From contig CM059445.1 of assembly GCA_030390025.1 (NCBI GenBank), forward strand, positions 40,424,001 to 40,488,000: 64,000 nt of DNA. The letters run 5' to 3'. Positions 12,924 through 25,038 of the stretch are shown here, piece after piece (the first letter of the stretch is position 1; the number at the start of each line of letters is the position of its first letter). The position numbers and the translations under genes were made by a program. The DNA comes from Squalus acanthias. Lineage: Eukaryota. The notes below the pieces were generated by a model that had not been told where the DNA came from, made no database searches, and saw nothing but the letters and a program-made list of their open reading frames with translations.

Positions 12924-13317
12924 AAGGGTCGGGGTTGTTTAAAGTTGTGTCGATCTTGGGTAAAAGTGGATCGTTGACTGAACATTTTTCAAAGAGATAG
13001 CAGCTACTTCACAGAACTGGAAGCATAGATTATTATGGCGACATCCTGATCTGTCTGCAACAGTTTCTGTCAAATAAACAAAATACAAAACAGTAAAAAA
13101 AATACTGCAGTATATTAGGTTTCAAACCGTTGCATAGTTTAGAATTAAGTCTGAAATAGACAAATATTTTAACAGGTTTTCTTTACATTAGATCCAATAG
13201 GAAGGATATCTCAAATTCAACACTGTTTAAATTGAGTTTTTGATGTTTCTCATTTATGTTGCAAGAATTGCTAACTGGACCCCAAACTGAAAATGACAAC
13301 TTATTTTATTCCATCAG

Positions 13318-13661
13318 GTGTCTCGCTGATTGAGGAGGTGACTCAGCCGCGTCTGGTCAGTGTCCTGAGAGGAGAGTCAGTCACAATAAACTGTACATTT
13401 ATTTATAATGGAAGTAATGATGACTTGCTCCATCCAGCCTGGTACAGGAGTTCTCCAGGGCTCCCTGATACTCCATTGACGTTAAACCGGCCTGCATTCC
13501 TGACGTTACTCCGGTTGGTTTGAGACGCTGTGTTGCACCACTGAAGATTGAAAATGTTTCTTTTGGTCACTCTGACTATAATTATACCTGTGTGGTGAAG
13601 GAACCGACAAGCTACCCGCCAGTAGCGAGAAAGGGGCAAGGAACACGGATACAGATTTATG
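13318..13661 (+). CDS. Gene A exon 2, germline VJ-type Ig V domain (1-bp deletion at ~13473)
   Basis: ccatcag| acceptor, G|gtaaag donor; VTQPRLVSVLRGESVTINC...WYR...LKIENVS...YTC...GQGTRIQIY. Confidence 0.9.
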
Positions 13662-13796
13662 GTAAAGTATTGTATATGTTATTGCAGTTAGCTAACAACA
13701 TTTATTTTTTACACACACATAAATATAACTACAGACCAGTCTCAGGCGTAGTGCAATGTACACTAGCAAGTTGTAGGACAGGCTGTGCTTATTCAG

Positions 13797-15273
13797 CTCG
13801 GTGACCATTGCCGCTGGTTTTCCCTACCGTATGCTTATGGAGGGAGTCACAGCACGCAGGGAGGTCCTCTTCCCTTCCATGGGCAGAAGAGACCTCCTCA
13901 GCAGATCAACACAGCCTGGTTGCACATTGCAGAGGAGGGCACAAGCAGGGATGTGGTCAGGAGGACCTGGGGGCAGTGCCACAAACCTTTCATTGATCTC
14001 AGTAGATCACAAAAATGTTAGTACAAAGCCACACTCAACCTCATCCTGCTGTGCCACTCATCACATCCCCATCACTCTGCCTTCCCTACCCTACTCCAGC
14101 ACATCCTTACTCACCATCTTACCTTGCACCTCCACCTATCCCTCTCTTTGTATCTACATTATCACATCCCATCTCACTAGCCACTCCTCACACTCACCCT
14201 CATCCGAGTGCAATCATACCAACTAACAACACACAAGCGTAGGCAGTTGGGTGTTTTATGCAACGTTCATGTAAAGTTTCTGTTAATGTGGTGTCAAACA
14301 TTGAAACCTTTATTTTCAACACTTTGCATTCTTGGACAGATTTGTGTGCACTTTTCGAAGTGGCTTAGTGAGTTGCAGTGAATGGTGAGACGTAGCAGTA
14401 CCCCCCACAGTGGTGATGAGTGTGAAAGGAATGGCTTGAGCATTGTAGGATGCTTTATGGTGTTGGTGTGGGGTGGTGTCAACCTGGCGCATCATGTGGC
14501 AGCCAGGGTGTACAGCGTCAAGTGAAGTAAATCTGGCCACGGTGAGGCCATCCCTGGCCTCCTGGGCAGCAATGTGGTCGGGTGCTGATGCCCTGTGTCC
14601 TGTGCAGCATCAGTTGATTGCAGAGAAGGTTGGCATTTTTGTTGGTGCTGCTGTTGTGCCCGGTGATGCTGGTGTTGGGGCTGATCGTGGTGGGATTCTG
14701 AGGACCAAGGTGAGAGAGTATAAAGGGCTGCACCCAGGGATGATGGAATAGATGGCAGGTGAAGTAGAGATGACAGAAGCAATCTGTCAATGGTGAGCGA
14801 GGTAATGAGGTCACTGGATGGAGACTTGTGTAACGACTTGCAGCATGGTGAATCTGTTGTGGAAATGCAGTGAGGAAGAGCTTGTGGCTGAGGGAAGATA
14901 TCTCTTTAAGGTGGGAGCTTTTACTTGACATTTGAAGCTGTCAACTCATCAGCTGATTCAATGGCAATTGAACTCCAGCCTCAGCTTAACAGTCGTGATC
15001 ACCGAGCAGCAAGGACTCCCTGGGAGAGCACGTAAAATCAAAAGGTGAGCTCAAATGTGTTCTTAATCATCTCTAAACAAGGTCATAATGACCTGAATTG
15101 GGTCCCCCGCCGCTGCATGTTGGGTCAGTTCAGCGCTGACAGACCCGACATCGGGGAAAGGCACGTGGCGGCGGATTTACATTGGGGTCCTGACTCGTTC
15201 GGGAAAAAAAACACTTTCCCACCTGACCCGCCACCGATCATGCCCGCTGACCCCCCCCCGGAAAATCCAGCCC
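13797..15273 (+). mobile_element. Non-autonomous Harbinger derivative (family copy 2, left end truncated)
   Basis: Homologous to 27106-28858; right TIR gaaaatccagccc. Confidence 0.8.
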
Positions 15274-15789
15274 AGTGTTTCAGCTGACTTACTAAGAGCA
15301 ATGACAAGGGAGAGCTCTGGTAACATTTAAAGATCCTTACGCCCAGGCACTTTTCAAATGTGAATCATGAGGGTCTAGAGTTGACCGACACCTGATGCTC
15401 CAAGTAAGTAAAAACTATCCACATGAATTTCAAAACTCCTTTCCCTAATTTACAAATCCTTTCATGTTTTCACCCAATGCTACCTTTCCAATCTCCTCCA
15501 GTCTTAAATCATAGCCTATGTCCTTTGATCCACCAATCATGGCCTCTTTTACATGCCCCCCCCCCCCCCCCCATCTATATTCCATTGTTGCAAAGCCTTC
15601 AGCCATCTTGAGCCACATTCTGGACACCATTGCTAAATCTCTCCACCTTACTACATCCTAACTTTTTTATTACTGCTTGGTGTCCATGCTGTGAAGTTCC
15701 TTCGGACTTTTTATTACATTAAAGGCAAGTTGTTGTTGGAGGTGATCTCATAATTCTTGCTGTAATGTATTAGGGAGTCATACGGCTTC

Positions 15790-16875
15790 TCTTCCCGCTC
15801 CCATATCATTACCTCTGGTGTCCACCAAGGATCTATCCTTGGCCCCCCTCCTATTTCTCATCTACATGTTGCCCCTTGGTGACATCATCCAAAAACACAG
15901 CATCAGTTTCCACATGTATGCTGATGACACCCAGCTCTACCTCACCACAACTTCTCTTGATCCCTCCACAGTCTCTAAATTGTCAGACTGCTTGTTCGAC
16001 ATCCAGTTCTGGGTGAGCAGAAATTTTTTCCAATTAAATATTGGGAAGACCGTAGCCATTGTTTTCGGTCTCCGCCACTAACTCTGTTCCCTAGCCACTG
16101 ACTCCATCCCTCTCCCTAACATCTGTCTTAGGCTGAACCACACTGTTCGCAACCTTGGTGTCATATCTGACCCTGAAATGAGCTTCCGATCACATATCCA
16201 CGGCATAACTAAGACTGCCTATTTTCACCTCCATAACATCGCCAGTCTCCGCCCTTGCCTCAGCTCATCTGCTGCTGAAATTCTCACTCATGACTTTGTT
16301 AGCTGTAGACTTGACTATTCCAACGTGCTCCTAGCTGGCCTCCCACATTCTACCCTATGTAAACTTGAGGTGATCTAAAACTCAGCTGCCCTTGTCCTGA
16401 CTTGCACCAAGTCACGTTCACCCATCACCCCTGTGTCCACTGACTTACATTGGCTCCTGGTTACGCAACGCCTTGATTTCAAATTCTCATCCTTGTTTTC
16501 AAAATCCCTCCATGGCCTCACCCCTCCCTATCTCTGTAATCTCCTTCAGCCCCTCAACCCCCCGAGATATCTAATCTCCTCTAATTCTGCCCTCTTGAGG
16601 ATCCCTGATTTTAATCGATCAACCATTGGTGGTCGTGCCTTCTGTTGCCTAGGCCCTAAGCTCTGGAATTCCCTGCCTAAACCTCTCCACCTCTCTACCT
16701 CTCTTTCCTCCTCTAAGACGCTCTTTAAAACCTACCTCTTTGACCAAGCTTTTGGTCACCTGCCCTAATTTCTCCTTATGTGGCTCGGTGTCAAATTTTT
16801 TGTTTGATAATACTCCTGTGAAGCGTCTTGGGACGTTTTACTACATTAAAGGTGCTATATAAATACAAGTTGTTG
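15790..16875 (+). mobile_element. L2 LINE 3' fragment
   Basis: PLLFLIYMLPLG...FHMYADDTQLY; RLDYSN; GPKLWNSLP...KTYLFDQAF; gctatataaatacaag tail. Confidence 0.85.
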
Positions 16876-16975
16876 CAGATAGCCAGTCTGACTCCTGAGT
16901 TATACTGGCATTTTGGCATTAAAGCACACAGAAAAAAACTGTAGCCCACTGACATGACTGCTGACTGTTGCCCAT

Positions 16976-17210
16976 CCTCCTGAAGGTTCTACCATGGATG
17001 GTACTTTGGTTGCTGGACATTAGTCCACCCTGACCTGCTCTACTAAAGGGTTCTAATCTGACAATATCTCTTTTACTTGTCTAGATCATGGAACAAACAT
17101 CTCTATGCTCGTCACTACACTGACCACAAAAAGAGCTGGTGGTGGTACATCTGTTGCCACCAGCCAGCTTGAGATTGTCCCTAATGTGGGAGACCACAAA
17201 CAGTCTGTAG
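16976..17210 (+). pseudogene. Decayed extra C1-domain exon copy in gene A intron 2
   Basis: PPEGSTMDGTLVAGH*STLTCSTKGF*SDNISFTCLDHGTNISMLVTTLTTKRAGGGTSVATSQLEIVPNVGDH; stops at 17021 and 17054; no acceptor. Confidence 0.85.
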
Positions 17211-17551
17211 GGCATCTAGAGTGACATTGGTGTAATTCTCTAACATATATTTTGTTTCTTCATTCTTTTGATCAAGAGGAAAGGCTGATTTATCGACCGA
17301 TGTGATTCTATTTCACCAAAATAACGGGTTCTGCATGAAAGTACGGCAAAGTGTATTTTAATTTAGAATTAACTATTCAATCAGCAATAAATGATTTTAC
17401 ATTATGATATGCAATACATCTTCAGATTAGTGGCACTAAGAATCTCTAATAATGTTGCCATTCATGTCAACGTACATTATGTTAATAAATATTCACAGCG
17501 CAAGATATGGTGTTTATAGTTTCATATATTATCTTTTGTCCTCTCTCTCAG

Positions 17552-17854
17552 GACCTCCTGAAGTTTCCACTGTGGATGGTGATTTGGTTGCTGGACGTCA
17601 GTCCAGCCTGACCTGCTCTGTCAAGGGATTGTACTCTGAAAATATCTCCTTTACCTGGGCATGCCTTGGAACAAACATCTCCATAACCGTCACTACACTG
17701 ACCTCGAAAAGATTTGGTGACGATACATCTGTTGCCACCAGCCAGCTTCAGATCGTCCCTAAAGTGAGAGACCATGGATCTATCTGTAGATGTCAGATCA
17801 ATCATGAGACTTTCAGGCAGCCAGTAATAAATGAGATCCAACTGAATGTTATGT
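17552..17854 (+). CDS. Gene A exon 3, C1-like Ig domain (303 nt)
   Basis: ctctctctcag| acceptor, T|gtgagt donor; LTCSVKGLYSENISFTW...SQLQIVP...CRCQINHETF; extra Cys pair (WAC, SIC). Confidence 0.92.
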
Positions 17855-18454
17855 GTGAGTATGATCTTTAATCTTTTAAATACTTTGTTTTATTCTCTGT
17901 AATGCTAAAGATTCTGACTTTAACTTTGGACTCCCTCTTATTGTCTCCTCCCTATTCTCCTCTACAACCAAGACATATCTATCCTCATCTTTGCCATGCC
18001 TATGTAACCTGAATTTCCTCTGTGTCCATTTTGGCTGCTGTTCCAGACGCAATCCCATTACTTCTATCTCCCTTTTCCTTTCTCTTTTCTTTACCCCTCT
18101 TGAACCCTTCTCTCCTGTCTTCCTCCCTTCCTGTTACCCAATCATACCTCCTTTCATTTCTTCACTTTGTTCATCCGAATCCCTGCATCAACCCTTCATT
18201 ATTCCTCTACCCTCTTATTCTCCTGCTGCTCTCCCAGGCTTGAGTCCTTCTTAGATAATCCCACAGCTTCCCTCTGTGCCTCTCTCAGCAATCTCTGGAG
18301 GGCACATCGAGACACTTGTTGCTGCCTCCATATGAGCAGCAAACCTAACTATTCCATCCTACTCTCTTGCCTAGCTTCCCACCGAGCGCACCTGCTGGAG
18401 GCTAATCCTACCAACCTCCTCCCTGTCCTGTTCACTCTCCCACTGCTGACCTTG

Positions 18455-19130
18455 TGGACTCTGCCAGCCAATCAATAATCACCGCCCCTCTCCACATCTT
18501 CCTCCAAAATATCTTTTCATTCGTGAACAAGGCCCTTGCCATCCATGACCTTATTGTGGATGATTGTATTGATCTCATGGCCTTGACAGGAACTTGGTTC
18601 ACGGATGACACCTTGCCCCTTACTGAAGCCTCTCCGCCTGGCTATACCCTCCACCACCTGTCCTGCCCAAACTGCCGCAGTGGCGGTGTGGCCCTTATCA
18701 CCAAATCTCACCTTGGTCTGTCCATTTACACTTCTGGCACCTTTCGCCCCTCACCTTGTTCTACCCCTCTTGCCCCTCCTTTAAGATCCTCATTCTCTAC
18801 CACTCACTGAAGCCCCACTACTTTCCTCCTTCAGCTTTTGCAGCGAGCAGCTTCTCATCCTTGGTGATTTCAACCTTCATCTCAACAACCCACCTTGACC
18901 TCGCTCCACTGAGTTCACTGTCCTCCTGTCCTCCCTCAACCTCTCCCTCCATATATGCTCTTCTATATGGAGGTAACCGTATCAGGCCGTGAAGAAATAT
19001 ATGCCCGTATTCACGACTACCACTTCAACATTGCCATCTCATGTGGCCTCTCTGGTCACTGTCTCAGGCTGAATCAGACATTTTGCATCCTGGCGTCCTA
19101 TTTGATGCTGAGCTTCCAACCCCATCTCCT
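18455..19130 (+). mobile_element. L2 LINE fragments (APE endonuclease start), shared with 50740-51660
   Basis: LQNIFSFVNKALAIHDLIVDDCIDLMALTGTW...GGVALI. Confidence 0.75.
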
Positions 19131-19377
19131 CTGACCTGCTCTGCCAAGGGAGTGTACTCTGAAAATATCTCCTTTACCTGGGCATGCCTTGGAACAAACA
19201 TCTCCACAAACATCACTACACTGACCTTGAAAAGATCTGGTGACGATACATCTGTTGTCACCAGCCAGCTTCAGATCGTCCCTAAAGTGAGAGACCATGG
19301 ATCTGTCTGTAGATGTCAGATCAACCACGTGACTTTCAGGCAGCCAGTAATAAATGAGATCAAACTACATGTTATGT
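19131..19377 (+). pseudogene. 5'-truncated third C1 exon copy with intact donor, inserted in L2
   Basis: LTCSAKGVYSENISFTW...NEIKLHVM|gtgagt; its 3' intron differs from both intact C1 exons; absent from gene B intron. Confidence 0.85.
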
Positions 19378-19489
19378 GTGAGTATGATCCTCAACATTAT
19401 TGTTATTTTCAGTAATGTTTAAGAGCATAAGGTATAAGAAAAATGCTCACTGTCCAATTAGCAATTCTTTTTTCGTCAGTGGTTTACAA

Positions 19490-19920
19490 CTGTGTCAGCT
19501 TGGTTCAGTTAGTAGCACTCTCAGCTCGATATGAGAAAGTTGAGGGTTTGAACTGCACGCCAGGACTTGAGTGCATAATCTAGACTCACACTCGCATGCA
19601 ATACTAAGAATATACTACATTGCTGGTGGTGCCGTCCATCGGGTATGTTAAACCAAGGTCCTGGCTGCTGGTTCAGGTGGATGTTGAAGATCCCATGGCT
19701 CCGTTTCAGGAAAAGCAGGGAGTTACCCAGTGTGCTGATCAATATTCCCCCTAGCAGCCAATACCATCAGTAAACAGGTTAACTAGTTGTTCACCTCATG
19801 GCTGGTTTGGAACACCTCTGCCACTTTCAACTCCATAAAAACAGTCACTTACTCTAAAAGCATCACTCATTTTGTGATGTGCCTGGGAAACATTACGTTA
19901 TATAAATGCAAGTATAATTA
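19490..19920 (+). mobile_element. Degenerate DeuSINE (SacSINE1-like)
   Basis: tRNA-like head tgtgtcagcttggttcagttagtagcactc, Deu-domain similarity, tatataaatgcaag tail. Confidence 0.6.
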
Positions 19921-20114
19921 TAATATTATTTATTAGTTACACTTCCTAATATTTTCTTCTTTGGCTCAGTGTCAATGTTTGTCTGATTAGACTCCTGTGA
20001 AGCACCTTGGGATGTTTTCCTATCAGAAATGCGCTATGTAAATGCAAGTTGTTAAGATTACTGTATTCATATTGTTTCTATGTAAAATTAAGTGTACATT
20101 ATCTTTACTGTTAG

Positions 20115-20429
20115 ATGGACCAAAATATCCCACAATAATGCACAGGTTGAACAACAGCGACAGTTACCATCCTGGGACGAGTAGCCCCATCACTGTCCCC
20201 ATTGACTCATTCCTGGAACTGAGATGCTCTGTGGATAGTAACCCAGCCTCCTCTGTGATCTGGGCGAAAGACAGAGAAAACCACACTGAGATGTTACAAC
20301 TTGCAGCTGGATTAAATAGTTCAAAAGTAACCATAAGAAAGTTCCAGTCTGAAGATAGAGGAGTCTACTGGTGTATGGCAAACAACAGCTATGGCCGGGG
20401 TTACAGAAGTGTTTGGATAAAAGCTGAAG
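20115..20429 (+). CDS. Gene A exon 4, I/C2-type Ig domain (315 nt)
   Basis: ctgttag| acceptor, G|gtaaat donor; YGPKYP...LELRCSVDSNPASSVIW...EDRGVYWCMANNSYG. Confidence 0.92.
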
Positions 20430-20557
20430 GTAAATAGAAATTAAAAGATTAATGATAAATTTGATGCATGAATTATTAAGGGGACGTTCTGGGACATAGA
20501 CTACAAAAAGCTCCCTATCCAGTAATTTAATTTGCAAAACAATGTATGATTTATAGG

Positions 20558-20728
20558 GCATGATGCAGAGATGCCGGTGTTGGAGTGGGGTGGACAAAAG
20601 TGAGAAGTCGCACAACACCAGGTTATAGTCCAACAGATTTATTTGAAATCACAAGCTTTCGGAGCTGCTCCAAAAGCTTGTGATTTCAAATAAAACTGTT
20701 GGACTATAACCTGGTGTTGTGCGACTTC
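20558..20728. mobile_element. Fold-back Penelope-tail mini-element, copy 1
   Basis: ~60-bp inverted arms; 11-bp TSD tgatttatagg (20547-20557, 20729-20739). Confidence 0.8.
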
Positions 20729-20998
20729 TGATTTATAGGTGTGATAGATGTGGGGTGCATTCTGCATCAGATAGAACATATTTCTATTTTATATCTTGCT
20801 CATATAAAATCATAGCTCAGATATTGTGCTGTGAGTTTATAATGGAGCTCTATCAATTGCTTTAAAGGAATTTATTTTGCCTTTGCCTTGAAGACAAATA
20901 CACAAAATGGTCTGGAGAATAACTGCTAGATTATGAGAACATCTGACAGATTAAGAAGCGGTGACTCGCCTCTAGTTATGAGAAGAATGGAAATTGTT

Positions 20999-21620
20999 GG
21001 CCCAGATTTTGCAAGAGCAGGGCATCTCACGGCATGCCCTGTTAGCCTGACTTGTTTGTGCATGTTTAGGTTTGAACATTTTTGTCCGACAAAGTTGCTG
21101 GAAGTGTGAGCTGGTACTGGCGCAGTGAGGGCAACAGGGAATCTGTGACCTTGGTGAACAACGGCACGAAAAGGGTATCTCCTTAACCAATGAGAATAAA
21201 TGATTGAGAATTTAAAATTTTACATTGTTAAAATATCCAACAACAATTCACTGCCTGAAGGAATGAGACCCAACACTTTTAATTGTTTACTTACTGGGCA
21301 AGAGAGATTGATTGGCAGCCATTGACAATTATCACATCATTAAAAGGGTACTTGATGTTAAATACTTGACTTAACTTTCTGTGACCAGTTTACTGGGCAA
21401 TTAATATGCAAATGCAGCAACTTCATGAAAATCATGGGGTGGTTAAGGGCATGATGCCGTTTTTGTGAAGCTAACGGCAGAGAGGTGCAAATGGGCCAGT
21501 AACTTGAGGTGATTCTCAATTCACGGGGCATCTCTTCCTCACCAGAAGTTGCTGGCCAATTTGCACATTAATAATGGAGTGCTTCGTTCACACACTTATT
21601 TTTTCAGCAAAATCTGGGCC
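20999..21620. mobile_element. Harbinger-type MITE
   Basis: 14-bp TIR ggcccagattttgc / gcaaaatctgggcc; TSD not evident. Confidence 0.65.
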
Positions 21621-21880
21621 TACGACTGTGATTGTTACATTTGCCAGACAGAAATTCCAAAAGACCTTGGGGGGGGGGGGGGGAATTTAAGCCCCCCACG
21701 ACGGGTGGGAGAGGGTCCAGTAAGACATTTAAATTATGTGTTTCTATCCATCAGTTTGAACATTTTTCCTGTGGCATGCACTGAAGTAGATGGAATCTGT
21801 AGGCTCAGTATTGTGTTTTAAACTATCTGAAGGCTCCTCGTTTAAAAATACCACACTGATCTTTCACAAACTTCTTCCAG

Positions 21881-21981
21881 ATGACACTTGGATTCAGATT
21901 TTTGTTATAAGATCTTTTGCTGTTGCTGCATTCATTTTCATTCTAACCACACTGAGCTGCTTGGTTAGTTGCTGAATAAAG
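21881..21981 (+). CDS. Gene A exon 5, transmembrane with Arg: DDTWIQIFVIRSFAVAAFIFILTTLSCLVSC*IK
   Basis: cttcttccag| acceptor in phase 1, AAG|gtaaga donor; hydrophobic span with one Arg near its N-terminus; in-frame TGA 21973-21975. Confidence 0.8.
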
Positions 21982-22249
21982 GTAAGAATGTGAAGCTTAC
22001 GTCTCCAAGAAGTATTAAGGTATTGATGTTTTCCTTTCAATCAGTAATGATAAAATAATGCAGTTCTCACACCTAATGTAATCATTGTGGTCTTTTAGAA
22101 ATAAGTCTCAGTAAATGAATTGCTCTGTAGGGGATCAGTTGTTGCTCACTTTGAAATAGCTTTCTGTTAAATTGCTTTGTTGAAGATATTTGAGTGTATT
22201 TATGTACACGTGCAAATTTTTTGAAAATTATCACTTTGTTCATAACCAG

Positions 22250-22292
22250 GAGGAAGGTCAAGTTCGAAGAGGTAGAATTGATCTGGGGAAAG
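22250..22292 (+). CDS. Candidate gene A cytoplasmic micro-exon EEGQVRRG(RIDLGKG)
   Basis: tttgttcataaccag| acceptor phase 0; donors after 22271 or 22292 both give the phase 1 needed for the 23767 exon. Confidence 0.35.
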
Positions 22293-22365
22293 GTGGCCAT
22301 TTTGTTCCTCTCTGCTTGTTTTTGAAACTGCCTCACAATGCATACCAGAGGCATATGTGAAGTTA

Positions 22366-22745
22366 CATAAGAAAATAAGAGCAGAAGAATTAGGAGCAGG
22401 AGTAGGCCATTCGGCCCCTCGAGCCCACTCTGCCATTCAATAAGATCATGGCTGACCTTTGACCTCAACTCCTCTTTCCCGCCCGATTCCCATATCCCTT
22501 GATTCCCCTAGAGACCAAATATATATCTATCTCAGCCTTGAATATACTCAATGATTCAGCATCCACAGCACGTTGGGGTAGAGAATTTCAAAGATTCACA
22601 ACCCTCTGAGTGAAGAAATTCCTCCACATCTCAGTCTTAAATGGCCGACCCTTTATCATGAGACTATGCCCCCTAGTTCTAGATTCTCCAGCCAGGGGAA
22701 ACAACCTCTCAGCATCTGTCAATTCCCCTCAGAATCTTATGTTTC
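22366..22745 (-). mobile_element. CR1 3' fragment
   Basis: acataagaaaataag...ggagcaggagtaggccattcggcccctcgag tail. Confidence 0.8.
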
Positions 22746-23766
22746 AAGACAATATGGTGTCCAAATCTAGTACTAAATGAGGTACAAATTCATCAATCAT
22801 ATCAGGAAAAATGTGGGCACAAGTCCACTCAAAGGATAGTAAAATGGCATATACTCTTTATTATCAGAGAATGAGAGAAACCTGGGTCTAAAAATCTCAT
22901 TAGCTAAACCTTAATATACAGGGCAGTGCTTGTTATTCATAATTGTATATGACAGGGCTAAAGTTCAAAGAATGAATAAGGCCCGGTTCAACAACATCTT
23001 TCACGTCCCTTTCAACATCCCGTGCAGTCTTTAAAGGTTTTATTAAGAATCCTTTTGCACAAAAAATAGTACAGGAAATCTTATGTTGTTTATAGACCAG
23101 TAACAAGAGTCAAAGTGCAGCAGGGTGGGGCTTCCACCCATGCTTAGACCAGCCATTGACCCTGTTCCAAATTGTGGGGATGGGGTAATTTGCATCCTCT
23201 GGGCCGGTGGTCTGCACCTATAGAGGTGCAACAGACGCATCGACCCTGATGAAGTGGCACCTCATTGCTCCAATGTGGGACTCCTTTGGGAAAGGACAAA
23301 CAAAAAATGGCTGCAATTTTTTTTGGTTTGCCCTTTAGGGAGCAGTGGGATGAGGGATCAATTAACTGTACTTCCAGCTTTATTGGGGCTTTCGTACAGG
23401 ACCTATAGGACCTACACCTACTCTCCAACAGATGTGGATCCCACTGGGCTTCTCAGATGGTGAGCTGGACAGAATTGCTGAGGTAGCCTGGGAACTCCCC
23501 CTGACACGCTCTGAAAGCAGTAACATGGGACGGGCCTAAGAAGCACCTGCTCAATTTGTGGTACTTAAACTTTGGGGAGGAACTCGGTGGATTCAGGTTC
23601 TGCCCAAACCGTAGCCTACCATCTGGGAGCAGAGCACAATTCCAGCCTCACTGGACCTGAGAATTTTGGACCTATTGTATTTCTTTTCTGTTCTGGTTTT
23701 CTTTGTTATTAAAATCATTTTTACTGATTTTCTGCAAACTAAACAGTCTTCAATTTTATATTTTAG

Positions 23767-23969
23767 GAGCTGACTACTTTCACGGTGATAATGATATGGT
23801 TTACATGAACAGCTCTTTCTTACAGAGTGTCGTCATCAAACATTTGAAACTTAATCTGCATTGTCCAAAAGAACTGTACTGGGGGGGAAAAAAGTATGAA
23901 CAAAAATACTTGAAAATGTTTTATTTTTACTTTCTTACTTTCACTCCCTGCTGTGGAAGAAATCATTGA
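23767..23969 (+). CDS. Candidate gene A last exon GADYFHGDNDMVYMNSSF... (YxN motif)
   Basis: ttttatattttag| acceptor, open in phase 1; AATAAA at 24256. Confidence 0.4.
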
Positions 23970-25038
23970 ACACTCTTGAAAGTTGCCATGCTCCAAAATT
24001 TACTGAGTGATCTGTGATCAGTACAATGTGACTGACAACATGGTAAATTCTTCTGCCCCTCCATCTTTGCGCAACCAATTATCTGTGCTGATAAAATCTC
24101 AAAGACTTCATTTAAAATACGTCATATCATTAAAAGAACTTTTGCTCTCATTATTTTATTGATATTTCAAATGTTTTAATTTGTCACCAGAACTAACAAT
24201 TCAATTCTGCTCGCTCTTCATGAGCATTTGTGCTCAGTAATAGAAGTTGAATTGTAATAAAATGTTCAATGCCTGCACATAAGGGGCGTTTTGTTTTAAT
24301 CAATGTGGGATTGCAAAACAAAAAAATAAACAACAATTTTCTCCTGCTGCTGAAAGGCACCAACTCATGCTAAGATACAGGTACATGGGCACTGGCACCT
24401 CTTCAGTATCTCAACCAATTGGTCATTTTTCACGTGAGAATGGCAAGAGGCTATTCAATGATAGAGGGCCTCATAAATTAGCCTGATCCTCCAAGCTCTC
24501 TGCATATGAAAAGGAACCCTGGCTGATCTTTTCTCTCCCTAGGACCGGGATGATGCCTGTAACATTTACTCTTTAAGACAATGGGGGAGTTTATACATTG
24601 TGGTGCATAATCCTGACAGGTTAGGGTTAGGTTATATTTCATGTGCTTACATTTATTTTCTTCAAAACAAGTGAAGGAAGGCTGGGTATACTTGCAGCTT
24701 AAACTTAAAAACCTGTGTACCTACCTGTTTTCACATGTCATAGACCTATAACCAGGGCTGTACTTGAGCTGTCAGTTTTTTGAAGAAAAATATAATAAAT
24801 TCAGAAATCCCAATATCAGAACTGGAACTAAGAAGCACTACCACAATGCTGTTGTCGCACACAGCATTTACTCAGTAACACAATGTGGGAGTTTATACAT
24901 TGTGCTGCACAATCCTGACAGAAACTGGAGATGAACTGCTAATAAAACTAGACTGGAAAGTGGTCAACAACTGACGTATAATAGCAAAAGTGGGAGAGGA
25001 GTTGTGGTAGGACTTACAGATCAACTTAATTAATGTAC

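Larger units (their letters stand above)
12071..23969 (+). pseudogene. IgSF receptor gene A (L-VJ-C1-I-TM[Arg]-putative tail), activating type; disrupted as given (V frameshift, TGA after TM)
   Basis: Five exons with canonical GT-AG, phase-1 junctions in register; V exon 344 nt (-1); TGA at 21973. Confidence 0.75.

Noticed and set aside
13662-17551. Rearranging Ig/TCR/NAR locus (V then C exons; cacagtg at ~14407)
   Set aside because: V and J-like strand are in one exon with a direct splice donor; no heptamer-spacer-nonamer flanks V; the heptamer lies within a Harbinger derivative
21973-21975. Selenocysteine or read-through TGA
   Set aside because: No SECIS recognised and no precedent for this position; a nonsense change or natural stop is simpler
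23767-23815. ITAM in gene A tail (DYFHG...VYMNS)
   Set aside because: Neither Tyr is followed by xxL/I and the spacing is too short
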